Part shown: piece after piece, positions 20,386 to 31,033 of the stretch
How the letters are laid out: each line of letters opens with the position of its first letter
How positions within the stretch are numbered: position 1 is the stretch's first letter
Assembly: GCA_963785725.1 (NCBI GenBank)
Contig: CAWAWS010000003.1
Coordinates: 448,001-512,000 of the forward strand
DNA length: 64,000 nt
DNA from: an uncultured delta proteobacterium
GTDB taxonomy: Bacteria; Myxococcota_A; Polyangia; Palsa-1104
Direction: 5' to 3'
Position numbers and translations under genes: made by a program
Notes under the pieces: model-generated
Database searches by the model: none
What the model was told of the DNA's origin: nothing
Seen by the model: only the letters and a program-made list of their open reading frames with translations

Positions 20386-22074
20386 TCAGCCGATCGCGCT
20401 CTTCAGATCCTTGATCAACGCGATGAGCGCCGCAGGTTCGAACGGTTTGGTCATATGCGCCTGGAAGCCGGCGGCAGCTGCCTGCTCGCGGTCGTCGACG
20501 CTGCCGTAGCCGGAGACGGCGATGGCGATCGCGGCGCCGCGTCCGCTGTGCGATTCGAAGGCTCGCGCTCGGCGGATGAGCGAGAGGCCGTCCTCGCGCG
20601 GCATCCCCAGATCGCTGATGAGCACGTCGAACGGGGTCGCAGCGAACACCGTCAGCGCGTCACCGGCCGACGCGGCCGCGGTCACATCGGCGCCGGCCGA
20701 GACGAGAACTGCGGCCAGGAGCTCGCGCGCATCCTCCTCGTCGTCGACGAGCAGCACGCGCAGCCCCCGCAGCGGGTCGCCGTCGGTTTGCGGCGCGCTC
20801 GCCGACAGGCGCTCGGCGTGGGGGACGCTCGCGTGAGCTTGGCGCGTGGCTGGCGCTTGCAACGCGGCTGCGACCTCCTCGTGCCGAGTCGGCAGCCTGA
20901 CGACGAAGGTCGCTCCCTTGTCGGGCCCCGCGCTAAAAGCTTCGAGCGTGCCTCCGTGCTGCTCGACCAGCCCGCGCGCCAGCGCCAGCCCGATCCCCAT
21001 CCCGCCGTATTGCCGAGTCCGGCTGCCGTCGCCTTGGCGAAATCGATCGAACACGAACGGCAGTAGGTCGCCGGCAATGCCGACGCCGCTATCCTTGACC
21101 GTCAACTGGAGCTGATCGCGGCGCTCGAGATCGATCTGCACCCCCTCGCCGTCGCGGGAGAACTTGATGGCGTTGGAGATGATGTTGAGCAGCACCTGCT
21201 CGATCCGGATGGCGTCGCAGATGGTCACGTGGTTCTGCGCATCGAAGTTGAAGTCGAGCCGGATCGATCGCTGCATGGCCAGCGGCTGCAGTGTCGCGAT
21301 CGCCGATTGAGCCACCGACCGCAGATCGTTCACGCCGGTGGAGATCTTCAGCTGGTTGGCCGCGATGGCCGACAAATCGAGCAGGTCGTCGATGATCCGG
21401 CTCTGGACGCGAGCGTTGCGCGCGATGGTCTGCGCGACTCTGGAGAGGCGCGGCTCGAGCTGCTGTTCTTGCTCCAGCAGTGCCGCCCAGCCCAGGATGG
21501 CATTGAGCGGCGTGCGCAGCTCGTGCGACATCATGGCCAAGAACTCGTCCTTGGCGCGGCTGGCATCTTCGGCCGCTTGGCGCGCGGCGTGCGCGCGGTC
21601 GGCCTCGAGTTGCTTTTGCCGCAGGGCCTCCGCTTGGCGCGCGATCGTGTCCGAGCGACGATAGCTCGCCACCAGCGCCGCGACCTTGGCCCTGAGCGCG
21701 GTCTCGTCCAGCGGCTTGGTCAAGTAGTCGAGCGCGCCCAGCGAGTAGGCGCGCGTTGCCGACTCGCGATCGGTGAAAATGGCCGTGACGAAGATGATGG
21801 GCGTCTCGCGCGTCCGATCGCGTTTGCGGATCAGCTCTGTGGTCATGAAGCCGTCTAGCTCCGGCATCTGCACGTCCATCAGCACCACCGCGAAGTCGCG
21901 CGCGAGCAGGTGCGCAAGCGCCTCGGTGCCCGAGCTGGCCGTGGTCAGCTCGACGTCGGCCAGGTCGAGGAGCGCCTTGAGCGCGAGCAGGTTCGCCGGA
22001 TTATCGTCGACGAGCAGAACGGCCGGTCGGCGCCCCACGACGCCGGCTGCAGCGAGAGCAGCGTGATCAGTCAT
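20386..22074 (-). CDS. Hybrid sensor histidine kinase/response regulator (REC-HisKA-HATPase-REC)
   Basis: LLVDD...DVQMP; SHELRTPLN; NAIKF; DSGVG; GMGIGL; C-terminal REC domain. Confidence 0.92.
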   Translation of the reverse strand: MTDHAALAAAGVVGRRPAVLLVDDNPANLLALKALLDLADVELTTASSGTEALAHLLARDFAVVLMDVQMPELDGFMTTELIRKRDRTRETPIIFVTAIFTDRESATRAYSLGALDYLTKPLDETALRAKVAALVASYRRSDTIARQAEALRQKQLEADRAHAARQAAEDASRAKDEFLAMMSHELRTPLNAILGWAALLEQEQQLEPRLSRVAQTIARNARVQSRIIDDLLDLSAIAANQLKISTGVNDLRSVAQSAIATLQPLAMQRSIRLDFNFDAQNHVTICDAIRIEQVLLNIISNAIKFSRDGEGVQIDLERRDQLQLTVKDSGVGIAGDLLPFVFDRFRQGDGSRTRQYGGMGIGLALARGLVEQHGGTLEAFSAGPDKGATFVVRLPTRHEEVAAALQAPATRQAHASVPHAERLSASAPQTDGDPLRGLRVLLVDDEEDARELLAAVLVSAGADVTAAASAGDALTVFAATPFDVLISDLGMPREDGLSLIRRARAFESHSGRGAAIAIAVSGYGSVDDREQAAAAGFQAHMTKPFEPAALIALIKDLKSAIG

Positions 22075-22447
22075 CGGCACTTCACACACTCCGAGCTGTA
22101 TCGAGCCTCGACCCGATCCGGAGGTTCTCGCGTCGACGGCGGGAAGCGTGCACGACCCAGCCGCGTCCCACGACGACGGTTCTACGCTGGATGCTGTAGC
22201 ATGCAACCTTTGCATGGCCGGCCAACGCCTGAGGCCGCCGACGGATTCGCGCAACTCCATCCGGCGACAGGCCGATCGCGCGCGAGTCGTGTGCGCGATG
22301 CTCGACGATTGATTCTGCGCGTAGGCCAACGCCTACAGCCTTCATCAGTCTTTTTATCAACTTATTACTATTAGCCATCGCGAAGCGGTCGAATGAACAG
22401 ATGTGGTCTCTATAGAAAGAGTGGCGGGAACGGTCGTTGCCGGGCCA

Positions 22448-25400
22448 ATGGGCTGGTCTGTGCGTCGTATCGTCCTGACGCTGCTCGCTGGATGGGCGCT
22501 GGCAGCATGCAACGTGCCGGTGCCCCCCGATGTCACGACCACCTACGGCGCGACCGTCGGAAGCTCGTGCACGACCGCGTCCGATTGCACGGGCGGCAAT
22601 CAAGTCTGCACCGCCGGCGCCTGCGTGTGCGCCGATGGCTTCTTCGGCAACAGCGGCAACTCCAGCTGCACGCCGTGTGATGGCAGCTGCGTCACCTGCA
22701 GCGGCCCCACGGCCGACGACTGCACCAGCTGCAATCCCAACAGCGTTCTGGCGGTCGACGTCGGCGCCGCCTGTGGCACGGACGCCGACTGCCGCTACCT
22801 CTTCGTCAACAACGCCGCCAGCGGCGTCTGCAGCGGCGGCGCCTGCGCACTGAGCGCGTGCGCCGCCGGCTACTTCAAGAATGGCAACAGCTGCACCGCC
22901 TGCACCGCCGTCGCCGGCTGCACGAGCGGCGTCACCTGCACCGGCGCCAGCGACTCGCAGTGCGGAAGCTGCAGCGCCGGCAGCTTCCTCGTCGGCGGCA
23001 CTCCGAGCAGCTGCACCACGTGCTCGACCTGCGCCGCGGGGCAATACGCCTCGGGTGGCTGCTCGGGCACGAGCGACACGACCTGCTCCAGCTGCACGGC
23101 CGTCGACAACTGCGCGAGCGGCTTGACCTGCACCACGGCCAGCGACCAGACCTGCGGAAGCTGCGCCAGCGGCTACTACGGCGACGGCACCGCCAGCTGC
23201 ACCGCTTGCACCGCGGTCGCCGGCTGCGTGTCGGCTGTCACCTGCACCAGCGCCGCCGACTCGCAGTGCACCGCCTGCACCGGCGGCAGCTTCCTCGTCG
23301 ACGGCACCACCGATAGCTGCGTCGCCTGCTCGGGCTGCGCCAGCGGGCAATACGTGGCCGGCGGCTGCTCCGGCACCAGCGACACCGCCTGCGCGAGCTG
23401 CACGTCGATCGCCAATTGCGCCTCCGGCGATACCTGCACCACCGGCAGCGATCAGACCTGCGCCACCTGCGCCGGCGGCTACTACGGCAGCGGCACCGCC
23501 AGCTGCACCACCTGCGCGCCCGTCGTCGGCTGCGCCGCCGGCCTCAGCTGCACCGGCACCAGCGACTCGCAGTGCGCGAGCTGCGCCGCCGGCCGCTACA
23601 TGGTCAACGGCGTGTTCGACACGTGTCCCACGTGCTCGACTTGCGCCGCGGGGCAATACGCGACCGGCGGCTGCTCCGGCACTACCGACACCACCTGCTC
23701 CAGCTGCGCCGCCGTCGCCAACTGCGCCAGCGGGCAAGCCAGCTGCACCAGCGCCAGCGACGCCGTCTGCACGCAGTGCAACAGCGGCTTCTACTTGTCC
23801 AACGGCGCTTGCGTCGCCTGCACCGCCGTCGCCGGCTGCACCTCGGCCCTGACTTGCACCAGCGCCGGCGACTCGCAGTGCGCCACCTGCGGCAGCAGCA
23901 AGTACCTCGTCAACGGCACCGTCGACAGCTGCGCCACCTGCTCCACTTGCACGGCGGGCCAATACGCGTCGGGCGGCTGCTCCGGCACCACCGATACCAC
24001 CTGCTCGACCTGCGCCACCGTCGCCAACTGCGCCAGCGGCATCACCTGCTCGACCGCCAGCGATCAAGCGTGCGGCACCTGCGCCGGCGGCTACTACGGC
24101 AATGGCACCGCCAGCTGCACCACCTGCGCAGCGATCGCCAACTGCGCCTCCGGCGTCAGCTGCGACAGCACCAGCGACTCGCAGTGCGCGAGCTGCGCCA
24201 GCGGCCACCGGCTCGTCAACGGCACCGTCGACAGCTGCCCGGCGTGCTCGACCTGCAGCGCCGGCCAGTTCGCCTCCGGCGGCTGCTCCGGCACCACCGA
24301 CACCACCTGCTCGAGCTGCACGCCCATCGCCAACTGCGCGTCGGGCGAGACCTGCAGCACCACCAGCGATCAGACCTGCGCCACCTGCGCCGGCGGCTAC
24401 TACGGCAACGGCACCGCCAGCTGCACCACCTGCGCGCCCGTCGTCGGCTGCGCCGCCGGCCTCAGCTGCACCGGCACCAGCGACTCGCAGTGCGGAAGCT
24501 GCGCCGCCGGCCGCCACCTCGTCAACGGCCCGTTCGACACGTGCCCCACGTGCTCGACTTGCGCCGCGGGGCAATACGCCTCGGGCGGCTGCACCGGCAC
24601 CGCCGACACCACCTGCTCGACCTGCGCCGCCGTCGCCAACTGCGCCAGCGGTCAGACCACCTGCACCAGCGCCAGCGACGCCGTCTGCACGCAGTGCAAC
24701 AGCGGCTTCTACTTGTCCAACGGCGCTTGCGTCGCCTGCACCGCCGTCGCCGGCTGCACCTCGGCTCTGACTTGCACCAGCGCCGGCGACTCGCAGTGCA
24801 CGACTTGCGGCAGCAGCAAATACCTCGTCAACGGCACCGTCGACAGCTGCGCCACGTGCGCCAGCTGCGCGGCGGGCCAATACGCCTCCGGCGGCTGCTC
24901 CGGCACCACCGACACCACCTGCTCGACTTGCACCGCCGTCTCCAACTGCGCCGCCGGCACCACCTGCTCGACCGCGAGCAACTCGACGTGCGCCACCTGC
25001 GGCGCCGGCTTCTACGGCAACGGCACCGCCAGCTGCTCCGTGTGCGCGCCGATCGCCAGCTGCGCCACGGGGCTGAGCTGCGACAGCGGCAGCGACTCGC
25101 AGTGCGCGACCTGCGCCGCCGGCCACCACCTCGTCAACGGCGCCGTCGACAGCTGCCCCGCGTGCGCGACTTGCGCCGCCGGCCAGTACGCCACGGGCGG
25201 CTGCACGGGCACCGCCGACACCACCTGCGCGACTTGCGCCGCCGTCGCCAACTGCGCCAGCGGTCAGACCACCTGCACCAGCGCCAGCGACGCCGCCTGC
25301 ACCCAATGCAACAGCGGCTTCTACCTGTCCAACGGCGCTTGCGTCGCCTGCACCGCCGTCGCCGGCTGCACCTCGGCGCTGACTTGCACCAGCGCCGGCG

Positions 25401-28400
25401 ACTCGCAGTGCACGAGCTGCGGCAGCAGCAAGTACCTCGTCAACGGCGTCGTCGACACCTGCGCCAGCTGCTCGTCGTGCGCGAGCGGCCAGTATGCCGG
25501 CGGCGGCTGCAGCGGCACCACCGACACGACCTGCTCGAGCTGCCCGGCCGTCTCCGGCTGCCCGAGCAACCAAGTGACCTGCAGCAACGCCAGCGACGCC
25601 GTCTGCAACCAGTGCAGTGTCGGCAATTATCTCTCGAACGGCACCTGCGTGGCCTGCCCGGCCGTCGCCAGCTGCAGCTCGGCGGTCAGCTGCGACAGCG
25701 CCAGCGACTCGCAGTGCGCGAGCTGCGCCAGCGGCCACCGGCTCGTCAACGGCACCGTCGACAGCTGCCCCGCCTGCTCGACCTGCAGCGCCGGCCAGTT
25801 CGCCTCGGGCGGCTGCTCCGGCACCACCGACACCACCTGCTCGAGCTGCACGCCCATCGCCAACTGCGCCTCGGGCGAGACCTGCAGCACCACCAGCGAT
25901 CAGACCTGCGCCACCTGCGCCGGCGGCTACTACGGCAACGGCACCGCCAGCTGCACCACTTGCGCGCCCGTCGTCGGCTGCGCCGCCGGCCTCAGCTGCA
26001 CCGGCACCAGCGACTCGCAGTGCGGAAGCTGCGCCGCCGGCCGCCACCTCGTCAACGGCCCGTTCGACACGTGCCCGACCTGCACGAGCTGCCCGACCGG
26101 CCAATACGCGAGCGGCGGCTGCTCCGGCACCGCCGACACCACCTGCTCCAGCTGCGCCGCCGTCGCCAACTGCGCCAGCGGGCAAACCACCTGCACCAGC
26201 GCCAGCGACGCCGTCTGCACCCAGTGCAACAGCGGCTTCTACTTGTCCAACGGCGCTTGCGTCGCCTGCACCGCCGTCGCCGGCTGCACCTCCGCTCTCA
26301 CTTGCACCAGCGCCGGCGACTCGCAGTGCACGACTTGCGGCAGCAGCAAATACCTCGTCAACGGCACCGTCGACAGCTGCGCCACCTGCTCCAGCTGCGC
26401 GGCCGGTCAATATTCCTCCGGCGGCTGCTCCGGCACCGCCGACACCACCTGCTCGACTTGCACCGCCGTCTCCAACTGCGCCGCCGGCACCACCTGCTCG
26501 ACCGCGAGCAACCAGACGTGCGGCAGCTGCGCCAGCGGCTTTTACGGCAACGGCACCGCCAGCTGCTCCGCCTGCGCGCCCATCGCCGGCTGCACCTCGC
26601 CGTCGACCTGCACCGGCGCCAACGACTCGCAGTGCACGAGCTGCGGCAGCGGCAAGTACCTCGTCAACGGCGTCGTCGACAGCTGCGCCACCTGCTCGAC
26701 TTGCAGCGCCGGCCAGTACGCCTCGGGCGGCTGCTCCGGCGCCACCGACACCAGCTGCTCGAGCTGCACGCCGATCGCCAACTGCACGTCCGGCGAGACC
26801 TGCACCACGGTCAGCGACCAGACTTGCGGCACCTGCGCCAGCGGCTACTACGGCAACGGCACCGCCAGCTGCACCGCCTGCGCGCCCGTCGCCGGCTGCA
26901 CCTCGGCGCTGACCTGCACCGGCGTCAACGACTCGCAGTGCGGAAGCTGCGGCAGCGGCAAGTACCTCGTCAACGGCACCGTCGACAGCTGCGCCAACTG
27001 CTCGAGCTGCCCGAGCGGCCAGTACGCCGGCGGCGGCTGCAGCGGCTCGAGCGACACCAGCTGCACCGCCTGCCCGGCCGTCGCCGGCTGCCCGAGCAAC
27101 CAGGTCACCTGCACCAGCGCCGGCGACGCCGTCTGCAACCAGTGCAGCGCCGGCACCTACCTGTCGAACGGCAGCTGCGTCGCCTGCACGGCCGTCGCCG
27201 GCTGCAGCTCGGCGGTCAGCTGCACCAGCGCCAACGACTCGCAGTGCACCGCCTGCACGAGCGGCGACTATCTGGTCAACGGCAGCGTCGACAGCTGCGC
27301 CACTTGCTCGAGCTGCGCGGCCGGCCAGTACGCCTCGGCCGGCTGCAGCGGCGCCACCGACACCAGCTGCTCGAGCTGCACGCCGGTCGCCAACTGCATG
27401 AGCGGCCATGCGACCTGCACCAGCGCCAACGATGCCACCTGCGACCAATGCAGCGCGGGCTTCTACCTCTCGAACGGCACCTGCGTCGCCTGCGCCGCCG
27501 TCGCCGGCTGCACCTCGACGGTGACCTGCACCGGCACCGGCGACTCGCAGTGCACGAGCTGCGCGCAGGGCCGCTATCTGCAAGGCGGCGCCGTCGACAG
27601 CTGCCCGCTGTGCACGCCGGTCGCGCATTGCGCCTCGGGCGTGACCTGCACCGACCCGAGCGACTCGGTCTGCGCCGACTGCGCGTCGGGCTACTTCTTG
27701 AGCAACGGCGCCTGCGTCGCCTGCGCCACCTGCGCCACCGGCCAGTACCAGAGCGCTGCCTGCACCGGCACCACCGACACGCAATGCGCGAGCTGCGTCG
27801 CCGTCGACGGCTGCGCCGCGGCCGTCAGCTGCACCAGCGCCAACGACTCGCAGTGCGCCAGCTGCAACAGCGGCCGCTACCTCGCCAACGGCACCCAAGA
27901 CAGCTGCCCAACATGCACGCCGGTGTCCGGCTGCACGTCGCCGGTCACCTGCACCACCGGCAGCGATCAGCAGTGCAACGCCTGCGGCGCCGGCAGCTAC
28001 TTGAACAACGGCGCCTGCAGCACCTGCTCGAGCGGCTGCCCGACGGGACAGTACGAAGCCGCCGCGTGCACCGCCAACGCCGATCGCGTCTGCGCCGCCT
28101 GCGACGCGAGCTGCGCCAGCTGCAGCGGCACGGCCACGCAGTGCACCAGCTGCCCGGCCGCGTCGTACCTGAGCAACGGCCAGTGCCTCAGCTGCAGCCA
28201 TTGCGCCGCCGGCACGCGACTGACGACGGCATGCAGCGCCGGCGCCGACACCGTCTGCACCGACTGCGTCGCCGGCACCTTCTCGAGCACGCCCGACGCC
28301 GCGGCCTGCTCGCAGTGCACCGCCGGCAGCTACGCCGGCGCCGCCGCGACCTCGTGCACCACCTGCGCGCCCGGCAGCATCTCGAGCGCGGGCGCCGCCA

Positions 28401-29065
28401 GCTGCTCGACCTGCGTGGCGGGCACTGCGGCCGGTGACGGCGGCGCGGCCTGCAGCAGCTGCCCGGCCGGCAGCTTCTCCGCGGACGGCTCGACGCAGTG
28501 CACGTCGTGCCCGGCCGGCACCGCATCGGCCGCGGGCCAAGCGACCTGCTCGGCGTGCGCGCCCGGCGGCTACACCAGCGCGCCCGGCGCCACGACGTGC
28601 GACGTCTGCCCGGCCGGCAGCTTCTCGGGCTCGAGCGGCGCGACGTCGTGCATGCCGTGCGCGGCCGGCACCTTCGCGCAGCCGGGCTCCGGCAGCTGCA
28701 CCGCCTGCCCGAGCGGCACCTGGTCGCTCGGCGGCGCCGACAGCTGCGTGGCTTGCAACTGCGACGACGGCAACAGCTGCACCAACGACAGCTGCAATCC
28801 GACGTCGGGCTGCCAGCACGTCAACAGCTGCGGCGCCGATCTCGGCGGCGGCCCCGTCGATGCCGGCACCGGCGCGGTCGACGCCGGCGCCGACGCCGGC
28901 GGCAACCCGCCGCCGCCCGACCTCGGCCACCGCCCCGCGCCCCTGGCGAGCGGCTGCTCGATGAGCCAAAGCAGCCGCGGCGACGGCGCCGGCTACCTGC
29001 TCTTGGCGCTCGGCTTGGCTCTCTTCATGGGCTGGAAGCGCCGCCGACAGACCGACAAAGGCTGA
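22448..29065 (+). CDS. Giant Cys-rich repeat surface protein (TNFR-like, furin-like, GCC2/GCC3-like and Dictyostelium-type repeats) with MYXO-CTERM-like anchor
   Basis: LAAC signal; about 16 units of 102 aa; CPAGTxS repeats; CDDGNSCTNDSC; C-terminal GCS...LLLALGLALFMGWKRRR. Confidence 0.9.
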   Translation: MGWSVRRIVLTLLAGWALAACNVPVPPDVTTTYGATVGSSCTTASDCTGGNQVCTAGACVCADGFFGNSGNSSCTPCDGSCVTCSGPTADDCTSCNPNSVLAVDVGAACGTDADCRYLFVNNAASGVCSGGACALSACAAGYFKNGNSCTACTAVAGCTSGVTCTGASDSQCGSCSAGSFLVGGTPSSCTTCSTCAAGQYASGGCSGTSDTTCSSCTAVDNCASGLTCTTASDQTCGSCASGYYGDGTASCTACTAVAGCVSAVTCTSAADSQCTACTGGSFLVDGTTDSCVACSGCASGQYVAGGCSGTSDTACASCTSIANCASGDTCTTGSDQTCATCAGGYYGSGTASCTTCAPVVGCAAGLSCTGTSDSQCASCAAGRYMVNGVFDTCPTCSTCAAGQYATGGCSGTTDTTCSSCAAVANCASGQASCTSASDAVCTQCNSGFYLSNGACVACTAVAGCTSALTCTSAGDSQCATCGSSKYLVNGTVDSCATCSTCTAGQYASGGCSGTTDTTCSTCATVANCASGITCSTASDQACGTCAGGYYGNGTASCTTCAAIANCASGVSCDSTSDSQCASCASGHRLVNGTVDSCPACSTCSAGQFASGGCSGTTDTTCSSCTPIANCASGETCSTTSDQTCATCAGGYYGNGTASCTTCAPVVGCAAGLSCTGTSDSQCGSCAAGRHLVNGPFDTCPTCSTCAAGQYASGGCTGTADTTCSTCAAVANCASGQTTCTSASDAVCTQCNSGFYLSNGACVACTAVAGCTSALTCTSAGDSQCTTCGSSKYLVNGTVDSCATCASCAAGQYASGGCSGTTDTTCSTCTAVSNCAAGTTCSTASNSTCATCGAGFYGNGTASCSVCAPIASCATGLSCDSGSDSQCATCAAGHHLVNGAVDSCPACATCAAGQYATGGCTGTADTTCATCAAVANCASGQTTCTSASDAACTQCNSGFYLSNGACVACTAVAGCTSALTCTSAGDSQCTSCGSSKYLVNGVVDTCASCSSCASGQYAGGGCSGTTDTTCSSCPAVSGCPSNQVTCSNASDAVCNQCSVGNYLSNGTCVACPAVASCSSAVSCDSASDSQCASCASGHRLVNGTVDSCPACSTCSAGQFASGGCSGTTDTTCSSCTPIANCASGETCSTTSDQTCATCAGGYYGNGTASCTTCAPVVGCAAGLSCTGTSDSQCGSCAAGRHLVNGPFDTCPTCTSCPTGQYASGGCSGTADTTCSSCAAVANCASGQTTCTSASDAVCTQCNSGFYLSNGACVACTAVAGCTSALTCTSAGDSQCTTCGSSKYLVNGTVDSCATCSSCAAGQYSSGGCSGTADTTCSTCTAVSNCAAGTTCSTASNQTCGSCASGFYGNGTASCSACAPIAGCTSPSTCTGANDSQCTSCGSGKYLVNGVVDSCATCSTCSAGQYASGGCSGATDTSCSSCTPIANCTSGETCTTVSDQTCGTCASGYYGNGTASCTACAPVAGCTSALTCTGVNDSQCGSCGSGKYLVNGTVDSCANCSSCPSGQYAGGGCSGSSDTSCTACPAVAGCPSNQVTCTSAGDAVCNQCSAGTYLSNGSCVACTAVAGCSSAVSCTSANDSQCTACTSGDYLVNGSVDSCATCSSCAAGQYASAGCSGATDTSCSSCTPVANCMSGHATCTSANDATCDQCSAGFYLSNGTCVACAAVAGCTSTVTCTGTGDSQCTSCAQGRYLQGGAVDSCPLCTPVAHCASGVTCTDPSDSVCADCASGYFLSNGACVACATCATGQYQSAACTGTTDTQCASCVAVDGCAAAVSCTSANDSQCASCNSGRYLANGTQDSCPTCTPVSGCTSPVTCTTGSDQQCNACGAGSYLNNGACSTCSSGCPTGQYEAAACTANADRVCAACDASCASCSGTATQCTSCPAASYLSNGQCLSCSHCAAGTRLTTACSAGADTVCTDCVAGTFSSTPDAAACSQCTAGSYAGAAATSCTTCAPGSISSAGAASCSTCVAGTAAGDGGAACSSCPAGSFSADGSTQCTSCPAGTASAAGQATCSACAPGGYTSAPGATTCDVCPAGSFSGSSGATSCMPCAAGTFAQPGSGSCTACPSGTWSLGGADSCVACNCDDGNSCTNDSCNPTSGCQHVNSCGADLGGGPVDAGTGAVDAGADAGGNPPPPDLGHRPAPLASGCSMSQSSRGDGAGYLLLALGLALFMGWKRRRQTDKG
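22890..27790 (+). repeat. Intragenic tandem repeat with a 306-nt period
   Basis: Near-identical segments recur at offsets of 612, 918 and 1530 nt (23761/24679/25291/26209 and 24181/25711). Confidence 0.85.
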
Positions 29066-29184
29066 CCGACCTCGTCATCGCCGCGTCGCGCGCGCCGCGA
29101 CTTGACCGCCCAGCCGAGTGAGCCTAGTCTCGCCAAGCCGATGGCCCATGATCTCATCGCCGTCGCTGCTGGCCGGTGACCCAC

Positions 29185-30052
29185 ATGCCTCCGCGCGAGA
29201 CGAGCTGCAGGACGGCGATTTTGGTGCTCGGTTGCCGGCAGCCGATTCTATCAGCGCTGCATCCAGACCATCCGCGCCACCTGGGGCGCGACCGCGTCGA
29301 ATCAGACCGACATTTATTATGTGTATGGCGCCAAGAGCTCGGCCGGCGAAGCGCTGATCGACCTCTCGCAGCTCCTGGCGCTCCACGCGGCCGAGCCGCC
29401 ACGCCACGCGCTCACCGACGGCGACGTCTGGGTCTCGGGTGACGTCATCTTGTGCGGCGCGGCCGACGTGCTCCACGACCAACCTGACTGCATCCTGCGC
29501 AAGCGGCTGCTCGCGTTCGATTACTTGGCCAACGAGCGCGGCTACGACTTCGTCTACAACGTGTGCGCGTCGAGCTACGTCGATGTCGCCGCGCTCGAGC
29601 GATACGTCGCCGGCGTGCCGCGCTCCGGCGTCTACCACGGCGCGGCGGTCGTGCACGGCGCCAGCGGCTTTCCGTTCGTGTCCGGCGCCTCGTTCTTGCT
29701 CTCGCGCGACGTCGCCGCCGACCTGGCCAACAGCGCCGAGCGCATCCTCGCCACCTATCCCGAGACGATGCCCGACGATGTCGTGCTCGGACACTTCATC
29801 GCCGGCAAGTACGGCGGCGCTCCGGTCGCGGACATCGCGCGCCGCATCGCGACAGCCCAAAGAGCGACCGCCAACCAGACGTTCGTGGTGCCTCACGGCG
29901 GCGGCAGCATGGACTTCGTAACGAAGCCGGAGTTCCGACAGATTCCCGAGGAGCCCAACTTTCATTTTCATTTCCATTCGGGTCGCATGTGGGAGATGGA
30001 GAATTTCCACCGTCGCTTCTTCGCGGCCGATCCGAGCGACGGAACCGCATGA
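29185..30052 (+). pseudogene. GT-A-fold glycosyltransferase-like protein with an apparent frameshift near 29247
   Basis: TAILVLGCRQPI in one frame continues as YQRCIQTIRATWG...SSYVD...FVSGASFLLSRD...PDDV in another; may be a sequencing error. Confidence 0.6.
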
Positions 30053-31033
30053 AACGCGCGCTGGTGCTCGGCGGCGGCGGCTTCATCGGCGACCACCTGG
30101 TGCGCCGGCTTGCGCGCGAGCAGCGCTGGGTGCGCGCCGTCGACTTGCAGCGCCCGCGCCACGGCGCGACCTGCGCACGACGACTTCGTCGTCGGCGACC
30201 TGCGCGATCCGACCGTGTGCCGCGCCGCGCTCGGCGGCGGCTTCGACGAGGTCTATCAGCTCGCCGCCGACATGGGCGGTGCCGGCTTCATCTCGAGCGG
30301 CGACAACGACGCGGACATCATGCACAACTCCGCGCTCGTCAACCTCAACGTGCTCGACGCGTGCACGCGCGCTGCGGTCGGGCGCCTCTTCTACTCGTCG
30401 ACCGCCTGCGTCTATCCCGAGCGCAACCAGCTCGATCCCGACCATCCGAACTGCAGCGAAGACAGCGTCTATCCGGCCGCGCCCGATAGCGAGTACGGCT
30501 GGGAGAAGCTCTTCAGCGAGCGGCTCTACCTCGCTTACGCGCGCAACCACGGCCTGACCGTCCGCATCGCGCGCTTCCACAACATCTTCGGGCCCGACGG
30601 ATCGTGGAACGACGGCCGCGAAAAGGCGCCGGCCGCGCTCTGCCGCAAGGTCGCGCTCGCTGCCGACGGCGAGGCCATCGAGATCTGGGGCGATGGCCGG
30701 CAAACACGCTCGTTCCTCTATGTCGACGAGTGCCTCGAAGGCGTCTTGCGCCTGATGCGCTCCGACTGCTCGGAGCCGCTCAACATCGGCTCCGAGCAGA
30801 TGCTGACGATCGAGGAGCTGGCCCGCCTCATCATGGACATCGCCGGCAAGCAGCTGACGATCCGCTATATCCCCGGGCCGCTGGGCGTACGCGGCCGCAC
30901 GTCCGACAACCGCCTCATTCGCGCGCGACTCGGCTGGGCGCCGAGCGGCAACCTGCGCGACGGCTTACGCGCGACCTACGAATGGATCGCGGCGCAGATC
31001 GACGCGGCCAAGCAGGCGCCGCTCACGCGCTGA
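30049..31033 (+). pseudogene. GDP-mannose 3',5'-epimerase-like NAD-dependent epimerase with an apparent frameshift near 30172
   Basis: MKRALVLGGGGFIG is in a different frame from AADMGGAGFI, YGWEK and GREKAPAALCRK; ATGA overlap with the upstream gene. Confidence 0.8.

Noticed and set aside
22890..27790. Repeat array as a CRISPR array
   Set aside because: In-frame coding repeats with a 306-nt period, no unique spacers and no cas genes
22082..28969. 2295-aa minus-strand ORF and 1673-aa alternative-frame ORF
   Set aside because: Ala/Gly/Arg-rich shadows of the GC-biased Cys-repeat gene
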